Shown in pieces: positions 9,083 to 18,724 of a stretch of 64,000 nt of DNA. The notes under the pieces were generated by a model. That model saw only the letters and a program-made list of their open reading frames with translations. It searched no databases and had not been told where the DNA came from. Where the stretch lies: sequence record NC_047749.1; one strand, given 5' to 3'. This DNA comes from Escherichia phage DT571/2. The stretch's first letter is position 1, and each line of letters starts with the position of its first letter. The position numbers and the translations under genes were made by a program.

Positions 9083-9809
9083 TCTTTCTAGCCTTTAGAT
9101 AGATTCCTTTAGATGCTAGATAGATATATGTAGCAAGGAATGAAGATGTAGATCCTGTTTCTTCAAGAGTAATAGATCCTTTTGCATAACGCTTAGTTCT
9201 AGGAGCCTGGTTAAGCACAAGTGCAGTGAGACTACCTAATCCTAGCGCATCCATTAAACGTTTGAAGGAGTCCTTTTCATCGTGGATAGCATATAGAATG
9301 TAATCTTCCGCTGTAGTTAGTTCTATATCGCGATGATGTGCCACTGCAATCCGTGCTACTACAGCTCCAATCGTTCTATAAATATCTTCAAACGTAATGC
9401 TAGTTTCAAAAGCTAATGCTGGAAGATGATCGAACTTACATTTCTTAGGCGGAATAAGAAGTTGTTCAGGATAAGCTTCTAGTGCCTGACGAACGTTTGC
9501 TTCTGGGTATGTTGGCAAAGGTTCATCTATAATAACATGTAAGAAATTAGCTCTGTGTCCTTTAGCAGTTGGATCTAAAGACTTCAATACTTTGTTCATA
9601 TCTACGTATGAATACGCTAGATCTGCTTGTGGGGCATTAATATCAAACTTAATCTTCTTACCCTCCCATTTAGCAGGGAACATCTCACAAACAAACATTA
9701 CTGCATGTTTAACCTCTGGCTCCAGCTCTGATAGACATTTGTGATCTGCTGTTACTGCTAGAGCGAGAATATTCTTAAATTTATTAGCTTCTTCAATCAT
9801 ATATCCCAT
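9069..9809 (-). CDS. hypothetical protein
   Basis: 246-aa ORF. Confidence 0.55.
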   Translation of the reverse strand: MGYMIEEANKFKNILALAVTADHKCLSELEPEVKHAVMFVCEMFPAKWEGKKIKFDINAPQADLAYSYVDMNKVLKSLDPTAKGHRANFLHVIIDEPLPTYPEANVRQALEAYPEQLLIPPKKCKFDHLPALAFETSITFEDIYRTIGAVVARIAVAHHRDIELTTAEDYILYAIHDEKDSFKRLMDALGLGSLTALVLNQAPRTKRYAKGSITLEETGSTSSFLATYIYLASKGIYLKARKNVTI

Positions 9810-10138
9810 GCCTGCTGACTATTATCACTAACTTGTGTCTTTTTCTCTCTTCGTGGTTTAAAAGTTCCTGTAGTATTACTTTTACTAGGTTCTAATTTAT
9901 ACCACAGCATTCCTAGCTGGTTAACCATATGAGCAACATTTCTAGGGGTCAATGGCGGTAGGGATTCACAGTTTGATATCTCCCTTAATATATTAAATAG
10001 TTCTGCCTCTTTAGCTTTATTGTTTACTACCACCACGTACTCTAATGTTTCTACCTCAGAATCCTCATCCTTATAGTAGAGGCTAAGAGTAATTAAATTC
10101 TCCCCAGCAGGGGCTATTTTTGTTTTACCAAATATCAT
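9797..10138 (-). CDS. hypothetical protein
   Basis: 113-aa ORF. Confidence 0.5.
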   Translation of the reverse strand: MIFGKTKIAPAGENLITLSLYYKDEDSEVETLEYVVVVNNKAKEAELFNILREISNCESLPPLTPRNVAHMVNQLGMLWYKLEPSKSNTTGTFKPRREKKTQVSDNSQQAWDI

Positions 10139-10734
10139 TAACTACCTCTCTTATCTTCGTTAAGAGCAGCTCCTAGTGCTTCCATAATTGCATCTTCTAT
10201 ACTTCCATGCTTACTAGGATTGCTTAAGTGAATAGTATATGAGTTCCTAGAAACTCCAGAGTCCACAGGTGCTGCGCTTTTCCTATCAGACTCAAAAGCT
10301 TCTTGGGTATGTTTCAACTGTACAGAAGGCCCATAGTCTTCCCCAACTCGATAGGACTGATTAGACGACAGCGTACCACCGCAGGGAACATTGTGCAAAT
10401 CCGATGGATTATTTAATAGTGCAATACCACCTCTTGGCCACGAGTCACTAACATGAGTACTAGGACGGTTAACCTCAGTCTTCACGAGTTTATAACCAGC
10501 ATCTATTAATGCATTAATAAGGTTATCAGCTGGAATGCGAGCCTTGCCAAAAATCTCACGAGCGTTGTTGAGCCTACCTTCAAAACCTTTACATGCTCTA
10601 ATATTAGTGTGTGCAAAGGTTAGCTTCATAGATTTGAATTGTACAGTAGCAGTTAAATCTTTAAAGCTATAATCCCACGTATTCAGTTCATGATCTGGTA
10701 CTACTTGAATAGATTGCTGTGCATATAAAGTCAT
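10138..10734 (-). CDS. hypothetical protein
   Basis: 198-aa ORF; contains one copy of the 14-mer at 10393. Confidence 0.55.
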   Translation of the reverse strand: MTLYAQQSIQVVPDHELNTWDYSFKDLTATVQFKSMKLTFAHTNIRACKGFEGRLNNAREIFGKARIPADNLINALIDAGYKLVKTEVNRPSTHVSDSWPRGGIALLNNPSDLHNVPCGGTLSSNQSYRVGEDYGPSVQLKHTQEAFESDRKSAAPVDSGVSRNSYTIHLSNPSKHGSIEDAIMEALGAALNEDKRGS

Positions 10735-10919
10735 TATTTATTCTCCAGTTTGTCTAACAGCTTATGAGCTGCTAGATTATATTGTTTAAGCTCACGGTTA
10801 AGGCTTTGGTTCTCACTATTTAATTCTAGATTCTCTTTATTAAGAAGATTGCAAATAAATAGAAGTGCTAGTATAACTAGCAGGGAACCTACAAGCATTA
10901 AAAGAAAAAGACTTTCCAT
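10734..10919 (-). CDS. small membrane protein
   Basis: 61 aa with N-terminal hydrophobic helix. Confidence 0.5.
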   Translation of the reverse strand: MESLFLLMLVGSLLVILALLFICNLLNKENLELNSENQSLNRELKQYNLAAHKLLDKLENK

Positions 10920-11461
10920 TATTTTATCTCCAGTCTTAGCTTTGAAAACTTATTATACCAAACTATATGATTATCGTCAATTACAAATTTATGATAACAT
11001 GCTGGTACGGTATAAGTTCCATAATCCGTGACACGCTGCACAACCTTGTGTGCACACAGTCGACATCCATGCCCTTCTAAATGAGATCTAGCAGTCTGCC
11101 AGTAATAGCCCTCGTGATCTGGGCAATAGATTTCGACTTGCTGTTGCATTGTCTTATAATTTACACGTTCATACCCGAAGAAAGCCCCGTGAGCTGCAAT
11201 GGCTTTCTTGATAAATATAAGGTTTAGCGCTTCTTGTTGAAAATCGGGATGTAGCTGCTTAATCTTAGTTCTATTAATAGATCCATCCGATTTGATGAAC
11301 CTATTTATTGGAAAGTTGTTAGCTTCCTCGATTAATAATCCATTTACTTTCTCTCTCATATTAGATACTCTCACAACTAAGATGGAAACATTCGTAAGCA
11401 TCCCCAGTAAACTCTTTATCTTGTAACAAACACTTAGCCTGGTCTTCTGGTACTCCAGCAT
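10919..11461 (-). CDS. Cys/His-rich protein, possible zinc-binding nuclease-like; true start probably internal Met near 11359
   Basis: CPDHEGYYWQTARSHLEGHGCRLCAH cluster; N-terminal 34 aa of ORF look non-coding. Confidence 0.5.
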   Translation of the reverse strand: MLEYQKTRLSVCYKIKSLLGMLTNVSILVVRVSNMREKVNGLLIEEANNFPINRFIKSDGSINRTKIKQLHPDFQQEALNLIFIKKAIAAHGAFFGYERVNYKTMQQQVEIYCPDHEGYYWQTARSHLEGHGCRLCAHKVVQRVTDYGTYTVPACYHKFVIDDNHIVWYNKFSKLRLEIK

Positions 11462-11564
11462 CTAATAATTGTTGTTTACTTGGCTTTTCAGCGAATACTT
11501 TTACAAAATACTCGCCATCCTGATTATACTCATTTATATCTCTAGTAAGGACATATACTTGCAT
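11361..11564 (-). CDS. hypothetical protein
   Basis: 67-aa ORF. Confidence 0.5.
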   Translation of the reverse strand: MQVYVLTRDINEYNQDGEYFVKVFAEKPSKQQLLDAGVPEDQAKCLLQDKEFTGDAYECFHLSCESI

Positions 11565-11620
11565 TTGAAGTTCCTTGAAAACATAAAAGGCCAGAACAAT
11601 TAAGTCCTGGCCTCCTAAAA

Positions 11621-12058
11621 TTAATGAAGTTGTTTACCACTTCTTAACATAGTGGCCGTTTCCATAAGACCTAGCGTAGTATCACGCTTACTGATCTGTT
11701 TACCAAGTTCATCAGTACGTTTACTGATGTAAGCATTAATAGCCATATTCATAGCGGTAGCGAGATCTTCTTTGGTTATCTCTTCATCGTCTAAAGCTAG
11801 TTTAGCTAAAGAATCAAATGTGCTAGAGAGTCCTATAAGGTCTGAGGTTTCTCCAGCCAAAATAGGATTAATATTATCTACTGTTACTTCTAGCATGGAG
11901 TTAACAATATCTTCACCGTCTATTAGACCAAATTCAATATTACTCTCCCACTCCTTCATCTGTTCCAGCAATGGATTTTTCTTTTCTGTCATGATAGAGG
12001 TTTCCTGTGTCAGTTGGTAAGAAGGATGATTGTGTCTTAGGAGGATGTTGTTTAGCAA
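11621..12058 (-). CDS. hypothetical acidic protein (start possibly 11982)
   Basis: 145-aa ORF overlapping upstream gene. Confidence 0.5.
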   Translation of the reverse strand: MLNNILLRHNHPSYQLTQETSIMTEKKNPLLEQMKEWESNIEFGLIDGEDIVNSMLEVTVDNINPILAGETSDLIGLSSTFDSLAKLALDDEEITKEDLATAMNMAINAYISKRTDELGKQISKRDTTLGLMETATMLRSGKQLH

Positions 12059-12401
12059 TCCAGTTAAGAATCAGCACGCGACTAGGAACAATATCGGTAT
12101 TATACCAAAAATCGTGAACCCATTGACGAGCATCTTCAAACTTACCAAATTTATACGCTTTCTTAAACAATTCAAATCCAAAACAATCTGGTGTAAAGTC
12201 TACTTCGCGATATTGAATTACTTTAGAACCAGTTAGGTCTTGGATCGCTGCATTAATTTCTGTATGTGAGAATTTTGTTTCATGAAACTTATTAAAGAAT
12301 CGGTAGTTGAAGCGTCCGTTCGTTTCGACAAATAACTGGATAAAGAGATCGTTAAATTGGTTATCAAACCAGTAATTCTGTAGTTGTTGTAGTGCTGTCA
12401 T
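11940..12401 (-). CDS. hypothetical protein
   Basis: 153-aa ORF. Confidence 0.5.
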   Translation of the reverse strand: MTALQQLQNYWFDNQFNDLFIQLFVETNGRFNYRFFNKFHETKFSHTEINAAIQDLTGSKVIQYREVDFTPDCFGFELFKKAYKFGKFEDARQWVHDFWYNTDIVPSRVLILNWIAKQHPPKTQSSFLPTDTGNLYHDRKEKSIAGTDEGVGE

Positions 12402-12598
12402 TTACGAACCCCGTTAATTGCCACAATGATGCCTTCGTACATAAAAGGAAGTAACCCAGAAGTATAGAATATATTTTCCGTTATTCCTAGATGTCGAAAA
12501 AGTATATTAAATAATGCTGTTAGAAATACAATCTGAGGAAGTAATACAAAATACTCAGTTACAATCTTTGGTGCTTGATAAACAAGACGTTTTATCAT
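12398..12598 (-). CDS. small membrane protein
   Basis: 66 aa, hydrophobic. Confidence 0.45.
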   Translation of the reverse strand: MIKRLVYQAPKIVTEYFVLLPQIVFLTALFNILFRHLGITENIFYTSGLLPFMYEGIIVAINGVRK

Positions 12599-12697
12599 TG
12601 TTTTTAAGTCTCCTTATTACTTTGGCCTGCTCCACAATAATGAAAACTGCGAGCACTAATAGTGCTATTAGCCCCGCAGTAATTGGTACTAAATCAA

Positions 12698-13042
12698 TCA
12701 TGGGAGACGCCATACGTAATTAGCTGTCTGTAGAACTTCGGAAACATCATCATGTTGCATCACTACAGACGTTGGAGAGTAACTATCCGCCAGTTCTGTA
12801 CGAACCATCTCACGTTCTTCTCCAGTATCAATATTTTTAACAATCACTTTCATACTAAGAGGTGTTAATGCAGAAAGTGGTTTCCAAGAATCCTCAAGTT
12901 CAACCCCTACCTTTTTCTCGATTAACATGAGAACTTCTAGTGTATCATCTGGAATACTAATATTATTATTTACAAACTGTAACAGCTCATGCAAAGTATT
13001 TAACTCATTGAAATTAAGTTTCATCTTTAATAATATCCTCAA
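12698..13042 (-). CDS. hypothetical protein
   Basis: 114-aa ORF. Confidence 0.5.
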   Translation of the reverse strand: MRILLKMKLNFNELNTLHELLQFVNNNISIPDDTLEVLMLIEKKVGVELEDSWKPLSALTPLSMKVIVKNIDTGEEREMVRTELADSYSPTSVVMQHDDVSEVLQTANYVWRLP

Positions 13043-13259
13043 TCATATCACAGGACTGTTGCAATTCGTCAGCAATGCGCTTAACATCGGTCTTCGTCAC
13101 TTTACCAATTAACATCACCAGTAACATAGAAAGTATAATAAGTGGTACTGGGATAACAAATAATGCTACCTTAGCTATATTCTTTGGTGTCCAAGTGCGG
13201 TACTTAGTAACTAGAACTCCCACCACGACTAGATAAAATGCTAGAATAAACATTATCAT
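13014..13259 (-). CDS. small membrane protein
   Basis: 81 aa with two predicted TM helices. Confidence 0.5.
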   Translation of the reverse strand: MIMFILAFYLVVVGVLVTKYRTWTPKNIAKVALFVIPVPLIILSMLLVMLIGKVTKTDVKRIADELQQSCDMIEDIIKDET

Positions 13260-13537
13260 TTTTTAATCTCCGTGATTATCTGTGTACGCATTACTTTAGC
13301 AGGTAATTTATTATTCCCAACTATTGCTTCTATATTATTTAATTTTTCTTTAAGAATATCCGAGCGTCTTTGTGCTATTTCAATATCTTGTTCTTGCTCT
13401 ATTAACCGGTGGTGTAGTCCATCATTAGTAATAAGCATACTTTCCATGTTTTTCCGTGCGTTTACAATCCCAATAACTCCACCAATCGCTACTAGCGTAG
13501 TAAGGACCAGTAACCCAATAAGAATTTCAATCAACAT
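13256..13537 (-). CDS. membrane-anchored coiled-coil protein
   Basis: 93 aa; N-terminal TM helix. Confidence 0.5.
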   Translation of the reverse strand: MLIEILIGLLVLTTLVAIGGVIGIVNARKNMESMLITNDGLHHRLIEQEQDIEIAQRRSDILKEKLNNIEAIVGNNKLPAKVMRTQIITEIKK

Positions 13538-13559
13538 TAATTATATACTCCCCTAGCCC

Positions 13560-13829
13560 TTATTTCTTACCTTTCAGTTGCTTAACTTCACGCTCAAAAG
13601 ATGCTGCACGACGTTCGGCGGTTGCCTGATGCTCTTTAGCAAAACGTGCTTCTTGTTTTGCAAGGTTGAATGCCATAGCGTTCTTATTAAGAGAATCGTA
13701 CATCTTTTTCATTGCTGGGATGGACATTTTCATCAGTTGCCCCTCAAATCCTTGCATATCGAGGAGAATTGCCAGAACGTTAGCCATTTCATTTTTAGTC
13801 ATGTTTTCCATTATAATTTCCTCTCTCAT
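13560..13829 (-). CDS. hypothetical protein (real start probably the third in-frame ATG)
   Basis: 89-aa ORF; first ATG lies inside the GAGAGG leader. Confidence 0.55.
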   Translation of the reverse strand: MREEIIMENMTKNEMANVLAILLDMQGFEGQLMKMSIPAMKKMYDSLNKNAMAFNLAKQEARFAKEHQATAERRAASFEREVKQLKGKK

Positions 13830-13842
13830 TAATTTATGAACT

Positions 13843-13872
13843 TATTATACAGAATTTTGAGGTTTAAAGCAA
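13843..13872 (-). promoter_or_regulatory. T5-early-type promoter
   Basis: reverse complement of TTGCTT-spacer-TATAAT followed by conserved leader. Confidence 0.55.
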
Positions 13873-13889
13873 CTGAATTTTTTAATTAC

Positions 13890-14318
13890 TTACCAATCGT
13901 TAACGAAACCTGAGAACTCAGAAGTTAATACTTGTTCAAATTTCTCTGCAATTTCAGGATGATCTTTGCAGATCAGCTCAATACATGCTTCTGGAGTCAT
14001 TCCTTCATCTTCAGGATCACCATAATACTTGTCCCAAAGATCATCAGGGATGATGTGCTCTGCCAAATCTTGGAAATAGACTGCCTGATAACGTGGGGCT
14101 TCTTCAGCAAAGAGTTCTTCGATCTCTTCATCTGCCTCACCTTTGTAATCTGCCATTAATAGGGCATCAGTTGCGTAACACTCCCAAACCATCAAGCGTT
14201 CAGAAATAGGATTAGACTTATCCTGAACGTAAGACTGAAACAGGGTTCGGAAAGTTGCCTTAACTTGTTCAAATTTATCTGCTGCTGCGAAAACTAGAGC
14301 TTTATCAACTTTGTTCAT
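13890..14318 (-). CDS. hypothetical acidic protein
   Basis: 142-aa ORF. Confidence 0.55.
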   Translation of the reverse strand: MNKVDKALVFAAADKFEQVKATFRTLFQSYVQDKSNPISERLMVWECYATDALLMADYKGEADEEIEELFAEEAPRYQAVYFQDLAEHIIPDDLWDKYYGDPEDEGMTPEACIELICKDHPEIAEKFEQVLTSEFSGFVNDW

Positions 14319-14348
14319 TTTTATTCCTTCTCATCAATTTATAAAGTA

Positions 14349-14377
14349 ATTATACAGAAACTTAGGCATTTTAGCAA
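14349..14377 (-). promoter_or_regulatory. T5-early-type promoter
   Basis: RC of TTGCTA-17-TATAAT. Confidence 0.55.
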
Positions 14378-14485
14378 ATAAAACTTTTAATTAAAATGCC
14401 TAGTCCTGTACCAACAGCAATACAAATGATTATAAGTATTGCTACTGCTTGTATGATTCGTTTAATAATAACCTCAGCTATACAC

Positions 14486-15007
14486 TTAGACATTTAACAT
14501 CCAGCTAGTTTTATCCTGAGAAGTATACTTACCACTCATGATGTCTTCCAGGCGTACTGGTGATTTTGCATACTCTACACAAACGTTAATATAACGAGGG
14601 TCTCCCATTAACTCAAAATGGGTATGCCCGTGTAAGTTCTTCTTGCCCCTTAGCTCTCCTGGATGTACTGGAGCGTGGGAAAGCCAAAAGTTTTTATACT
14701 TAACTAGGGATTGTACATTATCTACAATTCCCACTAAGTCTTTGAAAGATAACCCTTCTCGTTCTAAGTCGTGGTTCCCCAAAACTAATGTAGTTCTAAC
14801 ATTGCTAAAGAGTTTTTCGAACTTCTCCAAACCATTTCTAGATACAAATGCATCTCCTAAAATATAAAATACTGTACGCTTATCTTTCATGGATGTAATA
14901 GTATCCATGATAAATTCATCATGCTCTTCCATAGTAGAGAAGATTGGTCTGAATTTAGTAATATTTGCATGTCCTAAATGGAGATCACTCCAAAAGCAGA
15001 CTTTCAT
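14486..15007 (-). CDS. calcineurin-like metallophosphoesterase
   Basis: 173 aa; motifs DLHLGH, GNHD, HGHTH. Confidence 0.7.
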   Translation of the reverse strand: MKVCFWSDLHLGHANITKFRPIFSTMEEHDEFIMDTITSMKDKRTVFYILGDAFVSRNGLEKFEKLFSNVRTTLVLGNHDLEREGLSFKDLVGIVDNVQSLVKYKNFWLSHAPVHPGELRGKKNLHGHTHFELMGDPRYINVCVEYAKSPVRLEDIMSGKYTSQDKTSWMLNV

Positions 15008-15882
15008 TAAAGAATCCTCTGTATGCCACAGCTATCTTCTCGAAGCGTGGTAAATGTTGTGATTTTGCCAGTTTCATCATTAACTTGCGCAACCGTCAAC
15101 TGCCCGTTGAAGACACCGCCAGTATCTAGGTAAACACGATTCTGGTATAAAATAGGGTAAGGTACTCCAGTATGCCCATGAAACACAAAGTCTACTCCAT
15201 TAACTGGAGGTACTTCTACCATGTATTTTTCTTTAAATCCTGCATAACGCTGGAAGTACGGGTGTTCCTCACTATTTTTGGACAAATGGAAGCCTATTTC
15301 TTGTATTACATCTCGATCCCATAAGTATGGTTCAACATGGTATTCAGGATGGTCATGTGGGTCTTCCTTAGCTGCTTCTACTTGTGCAATAAGGCTATCC
15401 CATACTGGGGTTTCTACTTCGTTACCGCATTCTTTGTACGTAAAAGGTACACCACCATGAACAACACCATATTTCTTGCCACGATGCAGCACAGTCAGAA
15501 ATACTGGAAGTTTTTCAGCCATGTCTTCGGCAATATTTTTAATGGTATCTGTATCTAGTTCATTCATAGCCCACATACCACCGTTATACATCCAGTTAGT
15601 CCAATCTCCTCCAATCATAAACTGGTCGTGGTTTCCACGAACGCTACAGAAACGTGGATTATACAGGAATTTGGCTAAAACTTGCAGATTCTGTGTGCCT
15701 CGATCAATTAAATCTCCCACGCATACAACGCAATCTTTCTTGCCGTTATAGCCAGCTAATTGTAGTGCATCTTCTAGCAAATCGTTGCATCCATGAATAT
15801 CACCAACAAAGAATAAGTTAACATCATCAGGTACTACTAGTGTTTTATGTACATTAAATTCTTTTTTCATAATTATTCCCAA
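15007..15882 (-). CDS. serine/threonine protein phosphatase (PPP family)
   Basis: 291 aa; GDIHGC, GDLIDRG, GNHD motifs. Confidence 0.8.
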   Translation of the reverse strand: MGIIMKKEFNVHKTLVVPDDVNLFFVGDIHGCNDLLEDALQLAGYNGKKDCVVCVGDLIDRGTQNLQVLAKFLYNPRFCSVRGNHDQFMIGGDWTNWMYNGGMWAMNELDTDTIKNIAEDMAEKLPVFLTVLHRGKKYGVVHGGVPFTYKECGNEVETPVWDSLIAQVEAAKEDPHDHPEYHVEPYLWDRDVIQEIGFHLSKNSEEHPYFQRYAGFKEKYMVEVPPVNGVDFVFHGHTGVPYPILYQNRVYLDTGGVFNGQLTVAQVNDETGKITTFTTLREDSCGIQRIL

Positions 15883-16118
15883 ATAACATTTAAAATAGTT
15901 GTACCATAGTTATTAGATAGTTTGAGAGTATAACCCTCTTTATAAATGGCTTTCATAGCTTCATAACTAATTTCATCACGGTTAAACTGCACATAAGAAC
16001 CACCAATCTCCACAGAAGAAACTATTCTCTTTTTAACATACTTATATGGTTTCTTTCTACTCTTGAGAAGAGTAGCTCTATTAACCCTAGCTAAATGTTT
16101 TGCTTGTTCCGCTAACAT
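15873..16118 (-). CDS. hypothetical protein
   Basis: 81-aa ORF. Confidence 0.45.
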   Translation of the reverse strand: MLAEQAKHLARVNRATLLKSRKKPYKYVKKRIVSSVEIGGSYVQFNRDEISYEAMKAIYKEGYTLKLSNNYGTTILNVIWE

Positions 16119-16145
16119 TTAATCCTCCTATCAATCTATACAAAT

Positions 16146-16174
16146 ATTATACCAAAATTTTTAGCTGAAAGCAA
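16146..16174 (-). promoter_or_regulatory. T5-early-type promoter
   Basis: RC of TTGCTT-17-TATAAT. Confidence 0.55.
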
Positions 16175-16215
16175 GTAAAATAAAAGCCTGATCCGCTAAG
16201 ATCAGGCTTAATTTA

Positions 16216-16506
16216 TTAATCTTCTGGACTATCATCCAGGAAATTTTTAATGGCTTCGTGCATAGTTTCCTTACGAAGCTGACGTCCAATCAAAATATGA
16301 TTAGCTTCTATTCGACCATTAGGTAAGCGATCTGCCAGAACTACTACAGGTACTTGGCGCACACCAAATTTCTGCATTAATTCTGCATTATCAGTCTCTT
16401 TATGGACTTCCAAATTATAGTCATTGACTACTTTATCAAATACTGGCTCAAACATTTTGCAAGGATTGCAAGTGGAACCTTTTAATAGATATACTAATTT
16501 ACTCAT
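16216..16506 (-). CDS. thioredoxin/glutaredoxin-like protein
   Basis: 96 aa; CxxC active site CNPC. Confidence 0.65.
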   Translation of the reverse strand: MSKLVYLLKGSTCNPCKMFEPVFDKVVNDYNLEVHKETDNAELMQKFGVRQVPVVVLADRLPNGRIEANHILIGRQLRKETMHEAIKNFLDDSPED

Positions 16507-16930
16507 AGTTATTAATGGCCTCTAAGAAGTTTTTCATAGTTTTTACTGTTGCGGTGCTCAGATCAAGATTTACACCCAAACACTCGGTTAGTGCTTCCTG
16601 ATAAGGAGCCTTTAATCTGCCTTCTGGGACTTCTACCTTTTTATATTCTTTATTTTTGACCTTTTTAATCATAGTCTCTAGTACAAGAAGTGGTAATTTA
16701 GCACCTTCAATATCAGTACCCAAAAGTTCAGTTAAAATTTTATTAAGATCAAGACGAGTTAACTTTTTGCCCTTAGACATAGATGCACCTACCTTTGTAC
16801 CAATAGATTTTTCCGCTTTCTTTTCGAGCTTTTTGTACTCAGGAGAGTCATGATCACGGAGTGCAATGTTTAGCTCGTAATGTGGTATACGAAAATGTTC
16901 CGCCATTTGAGTGTAGAAACGATCAGACAT
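16499..16930 (-). CDS. hypothetical protein
   Basis: 143-aa ORF. Confidence 0.5.
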   Translation of the reverse strand: MSDRFYTQMAEHFRIPHYELNIALRDHDSPEYKKLEKKAEKSIGTKVGASMSKGKKLTRLDLNKILTELLGTDIEGAKLPLLVLETMIKKVKNKEYKKVEVPEGRLKAPYQEALTECLGVNLDLSTATVKTMKNFLEAINNYE

Positions 16931-17005
16931 AATATATACCTCTCTTAACTAATTTATGTATATATTATATAATAACTAGGGCTAAAAGTCAACTACTTTT
17001 TTATC

Positions 17006-17422
17006 TTAATCTACTGTATGTATACATCTTTTCCTAACTAGATACATAGTTATTGGGTAAATTGAGTACATAAGTATCGGGGAGAAAAGAGTGAAATATG
17101 CTGTAACTCCCCCAGCTAACATCAAAGGTATTAATGCTAGAGTAAGGGCCATAAGAATCATACCGAATGAAACAGCCAAAGCTATGGATATAGGATTCTC
17201 TAGTTCCACCCATAACCAACAATATTTCGAGTCTCTATGGCAATTGCATTTACAAACGCCGAATGAGCCCATAATTATATACTCTAGTCCGTGAATAACC
17301 TTTATTAATAAGCTATTTCGGGTAGTTAATGCAATGATAGTAAAGACTATCATTAAAACGAATACTACTAGACTTATTTTCCAGATACCTAGCAGTATCA
17401 TAATGAATAGTTCTGCAAACAT
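17006..17422 (-). CDS. membrane protein
   Basis: 138 aa, multiple hydrophobic helices. Confidence 0.5.
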   Translation of the reverse strand: MFAELFIMILLGIWKISLVVFVLMIVFTIIALTTRNSLLIKVIHGLEYIIMGSFGVCKCNCHRDSKYCWLWVELENPISIALAVSFGMILMALTLALIPLMLAGGVTAYFTLFSPILMYSIYPITMYLVRKRCIHTVD

Positions 17423-17500
17423 GTCTTTCTCCTATCTTCAAGAAAAAATTATTAAAGCCCCCTTGACTAAAAGCGGGAATATTCCCGCCTAAGTTATTAC

Positions 17501-17914
17501 TTAAACTAGTTCGACATGACCGCCATCATAGGTACCACGTTTTATTTCGTCGTGATAGTCTCCCGAAGCATTCCAATCAGCACCAAAACGAAGTTTAATG
17601 CCTAGTTCTTTACCAGCTTGTTCAAAAGCCTTTTTAATTGCCCAAAATGCTTCTAAATCATTCCAATCAATTTTGCCATTAATATATGGAGCAAAATCGA
17701 TAGCATCCCCAGTAATATGTTTGCTTTTACTAGGATCTTTTAGAAATGAAGTACCATTAGCAATGTTCTGGGCACTTTGTGCTACTGTACGAATACCTTG
17801 CACGATTGTGAAATCGTACGGAGATAATTCTAAAGCCCTACGAGCTACTTTTTGTAGTTCAGGCTTAACGGTTGCTAATTGTTTTTCGCTATTTTTACCA
17901 AATTTAAAACTCAT
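17501..17914 (-). CDS. endolysin, L-alanyl-D-glutamate peptidase (M15-type, EndoT5-like)
   Basis: 137 aa; LAS/M15 zinc-peptidase motif SKHITGDAID and C-terminal His. Confidence 0.8.
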   Translation of the reverse strand: MSFKFGKNSEKQLATVKPELQKVARRALELSPYDFTIVQGIRTVAQSAQNIANGTSFLKDPSKSKHITGDAIDFAPYINGKIDWNDLEAFWAIKKAFEQAGKELGIKLRFGADWNASGDYHDEIKRGTYDGGHVELV

Positions 17915-18594
17915 ATTGACCTACCTAAAGATCTCTGTTGTGGGGAACAGAGCTTTGCTAAATATTCCTTGAACTGTTCAGAATCGGCTGTATCTACCGG
18001 ATTATCTTTCCAAGCAATACCAATGTACCCAGCATAGATATTATTTAGATTGAAGTATGGACAAGTGTATATGTACTTAAAAGTAACGTTTTTAAACGCA
18101 GGTATATTTAACCCCATATATTTATTTACTCTTACACGTAAATCCGATACGTAGTTAAAGCCCTCTAAATGACGTCTGTATAATTCAGACGTTTTATTTA
18201 CCGCTTTATCGGCCAAGTCAGCCCTATCTAATTGCGCATTACTTTCCCATGCAATAATATTGGAATAATCATTGATAGCATCTGGTTTATACTTGACTAC
18301 AAAAACAGCATCTGCACCCGTCTGAGAGAAGAGAACCATGCTCTTTTCCCTCGCCACATTAGGGAAGTTATCTATCCTCTGGGTTTGTAAATCTTGTAAA
18401 ACTGCAGACGTGGAAAAAGTCTTTAAGAATGACATCACTTCACTAGTATGACTAACAAATAAGAAAATAATGACAGCAACTAAGATAGTTAGCAGACGTT
18501 TAAGAAGCGATGCTGGGTCTTTCGCTTCTTGGAGCAGTACTGTTAATAATTGTAAGAACTTTTCCAATTTGTAACCTCCTCTAACCATTACCAT
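17911..18594 (-). CDS. holin-like membrane protein
   Basis: 227 aa with TM helix, immediately upstream of endolysin. Confidence 0.55.
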   Translation of the reverse strand: MVMVRGGYKLEKFLQLLTVLLQEAKDPASLLKRLLTILVAVIIFLFVSHTSEVMSFLKTFSTSAVLQDLQTQRIDNFPNVAREKSMVLFSQTGADAVFVVKYKPDAINDYSNIIAWESNAQLDRADLADKAVNKTSELYRRHLEGFNYVSDLRVRVNKYMGLNIPAFKNVTFKYIYTCPYFNLNNIYAGYIGIAWKDNPVDTADSEQFKEYLAKLCSPQQRSLGRSI

Positions 18595-18724
18595 TATACT
18601 AATTTTGGAGGAAAATTACAATGTGTTTTTAAAGATTTTCTTTGGAGCACAAAATTATGTCGTTGTCAAGAAGAATTTTAGATAAAAGAAAAGCCAGAGT
18701 CGTTAAACCCTGGCTTAAAATTAC

